The notes under the pieces: model-generated
What the model was told of the DNA's origin: nothing
The model's input: only the letters and a program-made list of their open reading frames with translations
The model's database searches: none
In this document: positions 10,718 to 19,211 of the stretch, piece after piece
Layout: each line of letters begins with the position of its first letter
How positions within the stretch are numbered: position 1 is the stretch's first letter
Made by a program: the position numbers and the translations under genes
DNA from: Candidatus Bathyarchaeia archaeon
GTDB lineage: Archaea; Thermoproteota; Bathyarchaeia; Bathyarchaeales; DTEX01
DNA: 46,039 nt
NCBI GenBank assembly: GCA_038826015.1
Contig: JAWBOR010000001.1
Coordinates: 1-46,039 of the forward strand
Direction of reading: 5' to 3'

Positions 10718-10794
10718 AAGAAATCATACTACTTCACGCCCTAAAATAAGAGAGAAACTGAAAGCCTTAAGTCTGAGTGTGTTAGTGAAAAGGT

Positions 10795-11700
10795 TTATGC
10801 ATTCAAAGGTTTTAATTCTGCCAGCACTTCTTCTTTTTTCTTGTAATTTTTCGATGGTAGGTCTTTCAATAATTCGCTGAGTCTGATTTGTTTTCCGTCT
10901 TCTAATTCGATGAGCCTCCAACCTAGTTTCTTTATCAACATGCCTTTAGTTGACGGATACTTAGTCTTCTCAATTAAAGCTTTAACTGATTCCCAACCAG
11001 TCACTTCGGTTAATGGTGGAAAACGACCGTTTTCAAGAAAATAGAGAAAACGTTTACTATCCTCAAACATGGACAGGTTGTTAAAGAGCACAAAAACTTT
11101 CTTATTTGCCGTGTCAAAAGGCTTTATTAAATCATACAACTTAGCAAGCTCCTCATTCATATATTGATAATAATACATTTGTGCCCCAAGACCGTGTAAT
11201 CTAAAGTAGGCTAATTGATCAGTGAAAACAGGCATTGCTCTTAAAGGGTCAGTAACATGAACTACGTTTACTCTTTCTAAAACTTCTTTAAGCTTATCTC
11301 TGAATTCGTCTTCTTCCCAAAGAGGACCCCGAGTCTCCCAAACTAAAGTCAAATTGTCGCGGTCAATTTTTTCAAAAAATTTTGTAGCTTCTCCTAGGCT
11401 GTTAGGCTTGAAGGACGCAGCGGTCTGGATTAAAAGTATTTCAGCGTTAAGTGTTCGACATATCTCTTTCATCCTTTCAATTGGTTCTCTTGCCAACTCT
11501 AATTTTAACTTGTATTTGTGGCTTATGTCTTGATGTGCCTTAACCGTGAACTCAAAATCTCTTGGAGCTTTTTCTCTCCACTTCTTTACTGTTTGGAGTT
11601 TCGGATACTTATAAAAGGTGCTGTTTAATTCTACAAGCCGAAAAGCCTCCTGGTATTTTCCCACGGAAACCGGATAACCGCAACAACCAACCTTAATCAT
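10795..11700 (-). CDS. DUF72 (UPF0759/YecE-like) protein with an extra C-terminal ~70 aa DUF2795-like module
   Basis: The N-terminus (IKVGCCGYP..YQEAFRLVELNSTFYKYP....WREKAPRDFEFTVKAHQDISH) fits the DUF72 pattern. The C-terminal tail (YPSTKGMLIKKLGW...LLKDLPSKNYKKKEEVLAEL) resembles DUF2795. The start overlaps the upstream gene stop by 4 nt. Confidence 0.75.
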   Translation of the reverse strand: MIKVGCCGYPVSVGKYQEAFRLVELNSTFYKYPKLQTVKKWREKAPRDFEFTVKAHQDISHKYKLKLELAREPIERMKEICRTLNAEILLIQTAASFKPNSLGEATKFFEKIDRDNLTLVWETRGPLWEEDEFRDKLKEVLERVNVVHVTDPLRAMPVFTDQLAYFRLHGLGAQMYYYQYMNEELAKLYDLIKPFDTANKKVFVLFNNLSMFEDSKRFLYFLENGRFPPLTEVTGWESVKALIEKTKYPSTKGMLIKKLGWRLIELEDGKQIRLSELLKDLPSKNYKKKEEVLAELKPLNA

Positions 11701-12452
11701 TTTCTTATTTTTCCATTTTTTTCTTTCAACAAACTCATGCGGAGTTTTCTAAGGGCCCTTAATAGATTCTCGAAACTCTTAGCTTTAGAATGAATCAGAA
11801 TTACGCCGTCGTTCTCAGCCAATTGAATGTCCATTTTCTCAGGCTGAAAAATGTGGTAAACGATAACTGCGGGTTTTAAAAGGCTGAATCGAAGCGCAAG
11901 CATAGGGGTTCTTTCATGTTTTATATTAGTGAATATGAGGGCTCTTTGGAGTGTTTTCCCAAATATCTGTGGAAGTTTCCATCTTGGAAGTTTTGTTATA
12001 ACTGTTTCGCTGTCTATAATTGTGTATCCGCTAACATTTTTCGATTCATTATATGTTATTATTTGACCTGAAATCGCTCTGCTGAAGCGTTTTATACCAA
12101 CTGGAACCGAGAACTCTTCTATGTGCAATATTCCATCTTTCGAAAAGTCTGTTAGCCCTAAGAGTTCATGCGTTAAGTCTATTCCATCTTTTTTATTAAT
12201 CTCAAAAAGAGCAAAAACGAACCTTTTAATGAATTGGATTCCAGGATTCTTCCTCCTACCGTTTTCGTAGTCGCTTATAACTGAAGGCGAAATTTCAAGC
12301 TCCTTTGCAAGTTGAGTCAGAGAAATAGAAAATTTTTCACGCCACAGCCTCATAAGAGAGCCAGGCTCCTCTGAGAGAACTATCGCTCCAGCGATTTTCC
12401 CCATTAAAACCTTCTGTTCATCCGAAGGCGAAGCCAAGCCATTTTCCCTCAT
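11697..12452 (-). CDS. XRE-type HTH transcriptional regulator (archaeal COG1395-like)
   Basis: The HTH_3 core is SISLTQLAKELEISPSVISDYENGRRKNP, followed by a C-terminal domain of about 160 aa with unknown function. Confidence 0.65.
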   Translation of the reverse strand: MRENGLASPSDEQKVLMGKIAGAIVLSEEPGSLMRLWREKFSISLTQLAKELEISPSVISDYENGRRKNPGIQFIKRFVFALFEINKKDGIDLTHELLGLTDFSKDGILHIEEFSVPVGIKRFSRAISGQIITYNESKNVSGYTIIDSETVITKLPRWKLPQIFGKTLQRALIFTNIKHERTPMLALRFSLLKPAVIVYHIFQPEKMDIQLAENDGVILIHSKAKSFENLLRALRKLRMSLLKEKNGKIRK

Positions 12453-12496
12453 GCTTTCTAAAAATCTCTTTCAGAGTCTAACCTAATAAATTTCAT

Positions 12497-13573
12497 CTAC
12501 ACGAAACTCGTAATTTGTTTCTGTTCCTCTTGCTTTCGAACAAAGTTTGACAATTTGACGCCTACCCTTCTCACTTCAAGGTCGGTTTCGTTTAAAAGTT
12601 TTTCAAAAAGTTCCTTCACAGCTTTCTTAAAAGTTTCCAGTTCATTAATCGAGTTTTCAAAAGTTTTGGTTCGACTGTGAATACTCATATCAGCCATAAC
12701 TGCGGCTATTCCAACCGACTTGTAACTAAGATTTCGTTCCCTAAGCCTTGCGTAAACATCCTCGCATAACTGGTCGGTCTTCTCCAAGATAGTTTTCAAA
12801 TCTCGCGTATCTTCTTTTAAAGTTGTAATCCGACTTATAGATTCACTCTCACCTCTTTCTTGAACAGGCGACTCATCTATCCCATTTGAAGCATAATGAA
12901 GATAGATTCCAAACTTCCTTCCAAAAATCTCAATCAATCTCTGCACATCAATCTTTGCTAAATCGCCAATTGTCCTTATTCCTAAACTTTCCATCTTCAG
13001 TTCTGTTTTCTTACCAATACCGATGAGACGACCTATAGGCAGAGGAAACAAGAAGCTCTTAACTTGCTCGGGAGTAACTGTGGTTAATCCATCAGGCTTT
13101 TGAATGCCAGAGGCAATTTTGGCGATAAGTTTATTCGGACCCACACCGATTGAAATCGTGATTCCTTGTTTAGCTCTAACTTCTTCCTTTATTCTTTGAG
13201 CTAATTTTTCGGCAGTTACAAAGTCTCCGTTAACTTTTTGGCTTATGTCCAAATATGCTTCATCTATTCCAACCTGTTCAAAACGATCTGCATAGATTCT
13301 TAAAATATCCATTATCTTATCTGAAACCTCTCCGTAAAACTCATGGTCAACGGGAAGAAAAACAGCATCCGTGCCTTTCAATTTCTTCTTAGCCAAGGAG
13401 ATGGAGATTCCAGATTTTACGCCGTATTTTCGGGCTATATAGTTAGCTGTGCTTACAGCCCCGCTATATTCGCTTCGTCCAGAATATACGCACACTACCA
13501 CTGGTTTGCCTTTAAGAGAAGGATTTCTAAGCTCTTCACACTGGGCGAAAAAATAGTCAAAATCTACTAACAT
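12497..13573 (-). CDS. dbh: Y-family DNA polymerase IV (Dpo4/DinB type)
   Basis: Contains MLVDFDYFFAQCEELRNPSLKGKPVVV (catalytic DxD region) and SIDEAYLDI (catalytic DE), plus thumb and little-finger length. The ATG at 13573 gives the canonical N-terminus; the ORF also extends to a TTG at 13606. Confidence 0.9.
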   Translation of the reverse strand: MLVDFDYFFAQCEELRNPSLKGKPVVVCVYSGRSEYSGAVSTANYIARKYGVKSGISISLAKKKLKGTDAVFLPVDHEFYGEVSDKIMDILRIYADRFEQVGIDEAYLDISQKVNGDFVTAEKLAQRIKEEVRAKQGITISIGVGPNKLIAKIASGIQKPDGLTTVTPEQVKSFLFPLPIGRLIGIGKKTELKMESLGIRTIGDLAKIDVQRLIEIFGRKFGIYLHYASNGIDESPVQERGESESISRITTLKEDTRDLKTILEKTDQLCEDVYARLRERNLSYKSVGIAAVMADMSIHSRTKTFENSINELETFKKAVKELFEKLLNETDLEVRRVGVKLSNFVRKQEEQKQITSFV

Positions 13574-13627
13574 TATGATTCTTTCTTGCAAAGATTGCTG
13601 CCTCAAACATGGTTTTAATCTACGGGC

Positions 13628-15715
13628 TTAACGTTCAACTAACACCGTGCTTTGATTGTTCCTCTTTTCGAGGCGTATCACGCGGTCAGCTTTCTCTGCA
13701 AAAGCCTCACTGTGAGTCACAGCTATAACTTGTTCCACGGTTTTAAGACGAGATATTGATTCTGCCAATCGGTCAATTGAACCGTCTTCTCTTCCTAAGC
13801 TTTCTGTCGGTTCGTCGAGAAGAAGCATCCGCAGCCCATGTCCTGATCTCCACTGCATTATCAGCTGCCCAATACCAATACGATAAGCAAATGCAAGCAA
13901 AGTTCTTTCACCACCTGAAAGATTTAAGGCGTTTCTTTCTTGACCGCCCTCAGCTTCTATTAGCGGAGTATAATTCTCATCTATTTTTAAGTTGATTATT
14001 GAACCTTCATCTCCGGTAAGTTCATCTAAAACTTGCTGTATGACCCGTTCTAGATAAGTTACGAATTCGCTTCTTAGCTTTGGTTGAATACTCCGATAGG
14101 CTTGCCGAATCTCTTGAATGAGCCCGATGATTTTCTTGACTTTCTCTAATCGGTCAATCTTTTTCTGGGCAATGTCCAACCGTTCTTTCAAAGATTCAAG
14201 TCTTAAGAAAACCTGGTTTTTTTGAGATTCTATATTTTGCACTTTATACTTAAGGTTAGAATACTGCTCAAAAATAGCTTTGTACAGATTCTCTGCATCT
14301 TCCAACTTTGTTAAGTCAAATTCCATTATTTTCAAGCGTAATTCAGCAAGTTGACCCTTGAGCATTTCCGCCTCTTTTTGTTTTTCATTGAACTCCTCTA
14401 ATGCGTTATTAATGAGTTTATCTTCATCTTCTATTTGAATTAATATTCCATCTATTTTAGTATGAATCATTCTTAAGTCAGAAATGGCAGAACTTAATAT
14501 GCTTCTGACACTTTCAAGTTCACGAATGTTTCTTTCACGTTCGCTAAGCCGCTGTTTGGTTTCAGATAACTCCTGATAAAATTGTTTCATAATCCGATCT
14601 TTGTATTCGAATGTAAGTGATTGAAGGCATAATGGACATCGACTTTCCTTTGCAAGGTTAGATATGCGTTGTGTAATTTTTTTAATCTCGTTTTTAGCAC
14701 TCTCTTCTTCGCTTTGGGTGCTTGAAATCTGCCCTATTAAACCTTCTATGTAATCTTGAATTTGTTCAACATTTAGATCAGATGACAGCCCGATCTCTTG
14801 GATTTTGCGCCTATTGTCGTTTTCTTGAATTTTTAAAGATTCAAGGCGTTTTTCCAATTCTTCTTTTCTTTTTCTTCTGGTTTCGATTTCATTGACCAAC
14901 CTAAGAGACAAGCTTTCTATGTTTCTTATTTTAAGTTGAATTTCAGTTTCTGCGGCTTTGAACTCCTCATTTTTTCGACGTATAGCTTCCAGTTCTTCTA
15001 AATGAGATGATACTTCCTTAAGTTTCGCCTCCACCCCAGAAAGTTGTTGTTTCGCTTCTTCCAGCTCTGATTCCTTTGACGCTAAGTCTTTAACAGACTC
15101 TTCATATTTTGCTTGTAGATCCCTAATTCCAGCTATGTCCGGGTCACGTTCGAGGGAAGCGCTTTCGCTTTCATACCATCCCGATATTGGACGTAGATTT
15201 GTCCATGATATTTCATAGTCGTAAAGTCCGAATAATTGATCAAGTTTTCCCTGCCTTTCCCGTGGAGGTAGATCTAAAACATCTTTCAGATGTTCCTGCC
15301 GTACCCAGATTATTTCATGAAAAATACTTCTGTCAATGTCGGTTATGGCTTTCAACTGTTCGGCAACCGCGTCGCTCTTCAATTCGGCTATGAGCCTTTC
15401 TCCTTCGAAGAGCTTAAGTTGTCCAGTGTCTTGGCTTATACGTCCGTTTTGTCTTTTCAGTGCCCTCCAAATCGTGTATTTTTTCCCGTTTTGAACAAAA
15501 TTTAACGCTACTTTACCGACATCATCCCCTTCTCTGAGAAGATACTCGTAGCTCCTTCCCAAGGGCTCACCGAACAAGGCAAAATCGATGGCGTAAAGAA
15601 TGCTAGTTTTCCCTGTTCCTACGCCTCCAACAAGACAGTTGAAACCATCTGAGAAATTGATCAAGGTTTTCACGTGGGACCTTATGTTTTCAAGCATTAT
15701 ACTTTCAATTTTCAT
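13628..15715 (-). CDS. rad50: Rad50 ATPase (short form, 695 aa)
   Basis: Contains Walker A GGVGTGKTS, long heptad-rich arms, a central zinc-hook CPLC, signature LSGGERTLLAFAYR, Walker B LLLLDEPT and D-loop/His THS. The start overlaps the mre11 end by 11 nt. Confidence 0.9.
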   Translation of the reverse strand: MKIESIMLENIRSHVKTLINFSDGFNCLVGGVGTGKTSILYAIDFALFGEPLGRSYEYLLREGDDVGKVALNFVQNGKKYTIWRALKRQNGRISQDTGQLKLFEGERLIAELKSDAVAEQLKAITDIDRSIFHEIIWVRQEHLKDVLDLPPRERQGKLDQLFGLYDYEISWTNLRPISGWYESESASLERDPDIAGIRDLQAKYEESVKDLASKESELEEAKQQLSGVEAKLKEVSSHLEELEAIRRKNEEFKAAETEIQLKIRNIESLSLRLVNEIETRRKRKEELEKRLESLKIQENDNRRKIQEIGLSSDLNVEQIQDYIEGLIGQISSTQSEEESAKNEIKKITQRISNLAKESRCPLCLQSLTFEYKDRIMKQFYQELSETKQRLSERERNIRELESVRSILSSAISDLRMIHTKIDGILIQIEDEDKLINNALEEFNEKQKEAEMLKGQLAELRLKIMEFDLTKLEDAENLYKAIFEQYSNLKYKVQNIESQKNQVFLRLESLKERLDIAQKKIDRLEKVKKIIGLIQEIRQAYRSIQPKLRSEFVTYLERVIQQVLDELTGDEGSIINLKIDENYTPLIEAEGGQERNALNLSGGERTLLAFAYRIGIGQLIMQWRSGHGLRMLLLDEPTESLGREDGSIDRLAESISRLKTVEQVIAVTHSEAFAEKADRVIRLEKRNNQSTVLVER

Positions 15716-16961
15716 CGAAAACGCCCTCCAAAAGCTCTTTCACCTTGTCTTCATCTTCCTTTATTAGATATTGAATCAGATCCAACGCCAAATGAGCATT
15801 CTTTTTTGCTTCCTGTTCGTTGTGCCGCTGAGAAAAGAATTGAAGGAAATATTCAAAGGACTTCGTTTTCAAATCTTTCATCTCACTTTCAAAGATTGCT
15901 TGAACTGTTTCTTCAGGGAAACCTTTCTCTTTCATTAAGACTAATGGATGCACAATAAGCGCTTTTTCGGCGGCGGCCCTTATTTTAGATAAATCTAACT
16001 CTCTTCGAGTGGATTCAACTGAAAGGGTTCCTCTTAAAACCGGAATTACAACTGCGCCTGGCTCATCAGCTTCTTTGACGGCTTGCACCATCAGCTCAGT
16101 TATCTTCTGAGGGGTGAGACCTGTGAAGTCTCTGTCTAAGATTTTGAAGCGACGTGGGCTTTCCAGCTTTACGCGGTTTATATTCATGTCACCGCTTTGG
16201 CTTACTTCAACGTGATAGAACCCTTTCTCAACCTCTGCATCTTCATAGCTCACGGTTTCGGTGGAGCCGCTATAAACGAGCATTCCTCTTTTGAAGGGAA
16301 GCTGCCAAGGAACGTGAATGTGTCCCCCCGCGTAGTAATTGAACCCATCTGGGACATAATCCGGTGAAGCCTCGGCGGCTACATTTGGATATCCTTTTAC
16401 TCCATGAAGGTCAAGAATCATGTGAAAGACGAATATGTTAAAAACATCAGGGTTGGGCTCAGGTTTCTTAATCTCATAAAAGGCTGGCAGCTGCTTTTCG
16501 GTTCTTTCTCTAGTTCTAAAATTAGGAACCCCGTAGACGTAACAATATTCGGTTTTCCAACAAGCCTTCTCATGCCTAGGAAGATAATAAACAAGTCCAG
16601 CGCTATCCAAAGGGTTCAAGATTGTCCCCGTGATCACATTTGGAGCAGCATCATGACCTCCGTCAACAGCGAGGACGGATATTCCAGCTTCCTTCAGTTT
16701 TCTAAAATTTGTTATCGCCTTCTCCAAAGTTGTGTTTAATGGTCGCGCGTAATGGAATAGGTCTCCGGCTATGATCATGAAGTCAGGCTTCAACTCAATG
16801 GTTTTCTCCACAACTTCGCTGAACGATCTGTCAAAATCATCACGTCGCGTAGAAAGATTATATTGTTCATAACCCAGATGAAGATCAGCCACATGAACAA
16901 AGCTGAACGATTTCAAAGCAGCTTTACCCCTTATTGATTTATCGTGTTCCAACAATATCAT
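15705..16961 (-). CDS. mre11: Mre11 nuclease (calcineurin-like metallophosphoesterase)
   Basis: Phosphoesterase motifs are present: FVHVADLHLG, IAGDLFH, DGGHDA and GGHIHV. The ATG at 16961 is preferred; the ORF also extends to a TTG at 16979. Confidence 0.9.
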   Translation of the reverse strand: MILLEHDKSIRGKAALKSFSFVHVADLHLGYEQYNLSTRRDDFDRSFSEVVEKTIELKPDFMIIAGDLFHYARPLNTTLEKAITNFRKLKEAGISVLAVDGGHDAAPNVITGTILNPLDSAGLVYYLPRHEKACWKTEYCYVYGVPNFRTRERTEKQLPAFYEIKKPEPNPDVFNIFVFHMILDLHGVKGYPNVAAEASPDYVPDGFNYYAGGHIHVPWQLPFKRGMLVYSGSTETVSYEDAEVEKGFYHVEVSQSGDMNINRVKLESPRRFKILDRDFTGLTPQKITELMVQAVKEADEPGAVVIPVLRGTLSVESTRRELDLSKIRAAAEKALIVHPLVLMKEKGFPEETVQAIFESEMKDLKTKSFEYFLQFFSQRHNEQEAKKNAHLALDLIQYLIKEDEDKVKELLEGVFDEN

Positions 16962-17044
16962 AATTATAGCCGAAAACAAATATCTTTATTGTTTGAAATT
17001 TGGCATATTTGCGATGAATAAATCTGAACCGAGGGAGATAACTG

Positions 17045-18028
17045 TTGGGAAAATTGTTGACTTATCGCACCATTTTGGTTACTGGCGGCGCTGGTTTTAT
17101 GGGCAGTCACCTTGTTGACAAACTTATAAAGAATGAAAAGGAAGTATGCGTATTCGACAACTTAAGCAGCGGAAGCCTAGAAAATATTAAGCAATGGCTT
17201 GGTCGCCCATGTTTCAGGTTTGTTCGCGGTGACCTCTTAAATCAAGCAGATATAGTAAAAGCGGTTGAAGACTGCGATATTATATTTCATTTGGCAGCTA
17301 ACCCTGAAGTTAGGGTCGGCTCAGTTTCTCCTAGTATACACTTTGAACAAAATGTAGTTACTACACATAATTTGTTAGAGGCAATAAGAAAATCTGCAAA
17401 CATAAAAGTTCTTGTCTTCACGTCATCGTCAACGGTTTATGGTGATGCTGAAAAAATTCCTACACCTGAAGATTATGCTCCTATGAAGCCGATTTCGGTC
17501 TACGGCGCCTCTAAACTGGCTTCAGAGGCTTTGATATGCGCTTATGCTCATACATATGGTTTCCGAACGGTAATATTCCGATTAGCAAACATTGTAGGCT
17601 CCAGAAGCAAACACGGCGTCGTGTATGATTTCATAAAAAAACTCAAAGAAAACCCTCGTGAACTGGAGATTCTCGGGGACGGAACCCAAACAAAATCTTA
17701 TCTACATATAGATGACTGCATCGAAGCCATGCTTCTATGCGTAGAAAAATCAAGCACACAGTTTGAAGTATTCAACCTAGGATCAGAAGATTGGATAGAT
17801 GTTAAGGCGATAGCGAAAATTGTCATAGAAGAGATGGGTCTCCAAGATGTGACTCTTCGGCTCACGGGCGGGGTTGATGGCGGAAGAGGGTGGAAAGGAG
17901 ACGTAAAATACATGCTTCTAGACTGTGGGAAGCTGAAAGCTTTGGGCTGGGAACCCAAACTTAACAGCGCCCAAGCCGTAAAATCAACAGCTCAGAACAT
18001 TCTAAGGGAATTGGATCAAAAAACTTAG
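17045..18028 (+). CDS. NAD-dependent NDP-sugar epimerase/dehydratase (extended SDR)
   Basis: Contains the Rossmann motif VTGGAGFMGSHL, catalytic YGASK and a SSS(T) serine region. GAGGGAG lies upstream of the TTG start. Confidence 0.85.
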   Translation: MGKLLTYRTILVTGGAGFMGSHLVDKLIKNEKEVCVFDNLSSGSLENIKQWLGRPCFRFVRGDLLNQADIVKAVEDCDIIFHLAANPEVRVGSVSPSIHFEQNVVTTHNLLEAIRKSANIKVLVFTSSSTVYGDAEKIPTPEDYAPMKPISVYGASKLASEALICAYAHTYGFRTVIFRLANIVGSRSKHGVVYDFIKKLKENPRELEILGDGTQTKSYLHIDDCIEAMLLCVEKSSTQFEVFNLGSEDWIDVKAIAKIVIEEMGLQDVTLRLTGGVDGGRGWKGDVKYMLLDCGKLKALGWEPKLNSAQAVKSTAQNILRELDQKT

Positions 18029-18092
18029 GTCAGAGATGATGCTAAAAGTTTAAAAGGCAAAAGGCTTCACATCCCACAGGAAGTGAATTGTA

Positions 18093-18341
18093 ATGTCTAC
18101 AGAAAAATTTCCTGTTTCGGAGTCTTTGAAGGTGATTCAAGGAACAACTATATACAAAACTGAAAAGTGGTGGTTGGCAGTTGTTCTTTTGGATTCTTTT
18201 GGAAGAAAACAAATTGCTACATATTTGTGGAATAATAAAGGCGGCACTTGGAAAAGAAAACAGAAATTCGTCATAACAAACAGCATAATGTGGCAGCAAA
18301 TAAGCGAAGCCATAACGAAATTTTTACCGGAGCTGAAATGA
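18093..18341 (+). CDS. Small hypothetical protein (82 aa, Trp/Lys-rich)
   Basis: The ATG ORF has protein-like composition (WWLAVVLLDSFGRKQIATYLWNNKGGTWKRKQKF). The overlapping antisense ORF 18042-18299 looks like a shadow. No family was recognised. Confidence 0.4.
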   Translation: MSTEKFPVSESLKVIQGTTIYKTEKWWLAVVLLDSFGRKQIATYLWNNKGGTWKRKQKFVITNSIMWQQISEAITKFLPELK

Positions 18342-18435
18342 AAAAGACTTTGTTGAACCTAAAATGTTAGCTCCAAAAAGAAATCAGTATAGTCTTTTAA
18401 GGTAGCTATGTCAAATATACTATGGGGGTTTTCAA

Positions 18436-19077
18436 ATGAGTGATTATGAAAAGAATGACAAAGAAACAGAATTAGTAGAAAATGAAATCTGCCGAATTTT
18501 ACAGAAAACAAACGCCATTGAGTTTGGCACATTTAAACTTGTAAGTGGACGAACCACACCGTATTACGTAGACCTGAGGGTTATTCCAAGTTTCCCAGAA
18601 GCCTTTCGTAAGGCTTCAAACATTTTTGTGCGCATCTTAAAAAAAGAGTTGGGAGACGAAAATTTTGACAGAGTGGCTGGAATACCAACAGCAGGGATAC
18701 CTTTCGCCTCCTTGATCGCCTATCAACTGAATAAACCGTTTCTTTACATCCGTCAACAGCCAAGACTCAGAGGAAGAGAGAGACGAGTTGAAGGCATATT
18801 AATGCCTGGAGACCACGTTCTCTTGATAGATGATTTAGTGACAACTGGACTAAGCCTAAAAAAGACAGCTTCAGCTATCAGAGCTGAGGGAGGAGCAGTT
18901 TCTGACGCCTTTGTTCTTCTTGATAGAGAAGAGGGAGGAAAAGAAAATTTGGCTAAGGACGGTATCAACCTACATTGTGTATTGAAAATCAGCAAGGCAG
19001 CTAAAACCCTTTATGAGATGAACGCGATAGATGAAGTAGGGTTGAAGACAATTTTAAGCCAAGTCAAGAAGAGATAA
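18436..19077 (+). CDS. pyrE: Orotate phosphoribosyltransferase
   Basis: Contains FKLVSGRTTPYYVDLR and the PRPP-binding loop VLLIDDLVTTGLS. Confidence 0.9.
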   Translation: MSDYEKNDKETELVENEICRILQKTNAIEFGTFKLVSGRTTPYYVDLRVIPSFPEAFRKASNIFVRILKKELGDENFDRVAGIPTAGIPFASLIAYQLNKPFLYIRQQPRLRGRERRVEGILMPGDHVLLIDDLVTTGLSLKKTASAIRAEGGAVSDAFVLLDREEGGKENLAKDGINLHCVLKISKAAKTLYEMNAIDEVGLKTILSQVKKR

Positions 19078-19211
19078 AATCATCAATGAAATAATTAATT
19101 TTTCCATTTAATCATCTAAACAACTAATCGATTTAAGTCATCTGATTCAAAGAGCAGAAACAGAAAAGATTCATTTATGATGTTATCCAGAGAGCAAAGT
19201 GTTGATGGAGT

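Noticed and set aside
10724-10921. 65-aa minus-strand ORF overlapping the 3' end of the DUF72 gene in another frame.
   Set aside because: It overlaps the DUF72/DUF2795-like reading frame, which has coherent domain-like sequence. This frame is Arg/Lys-rich and low-complexity.
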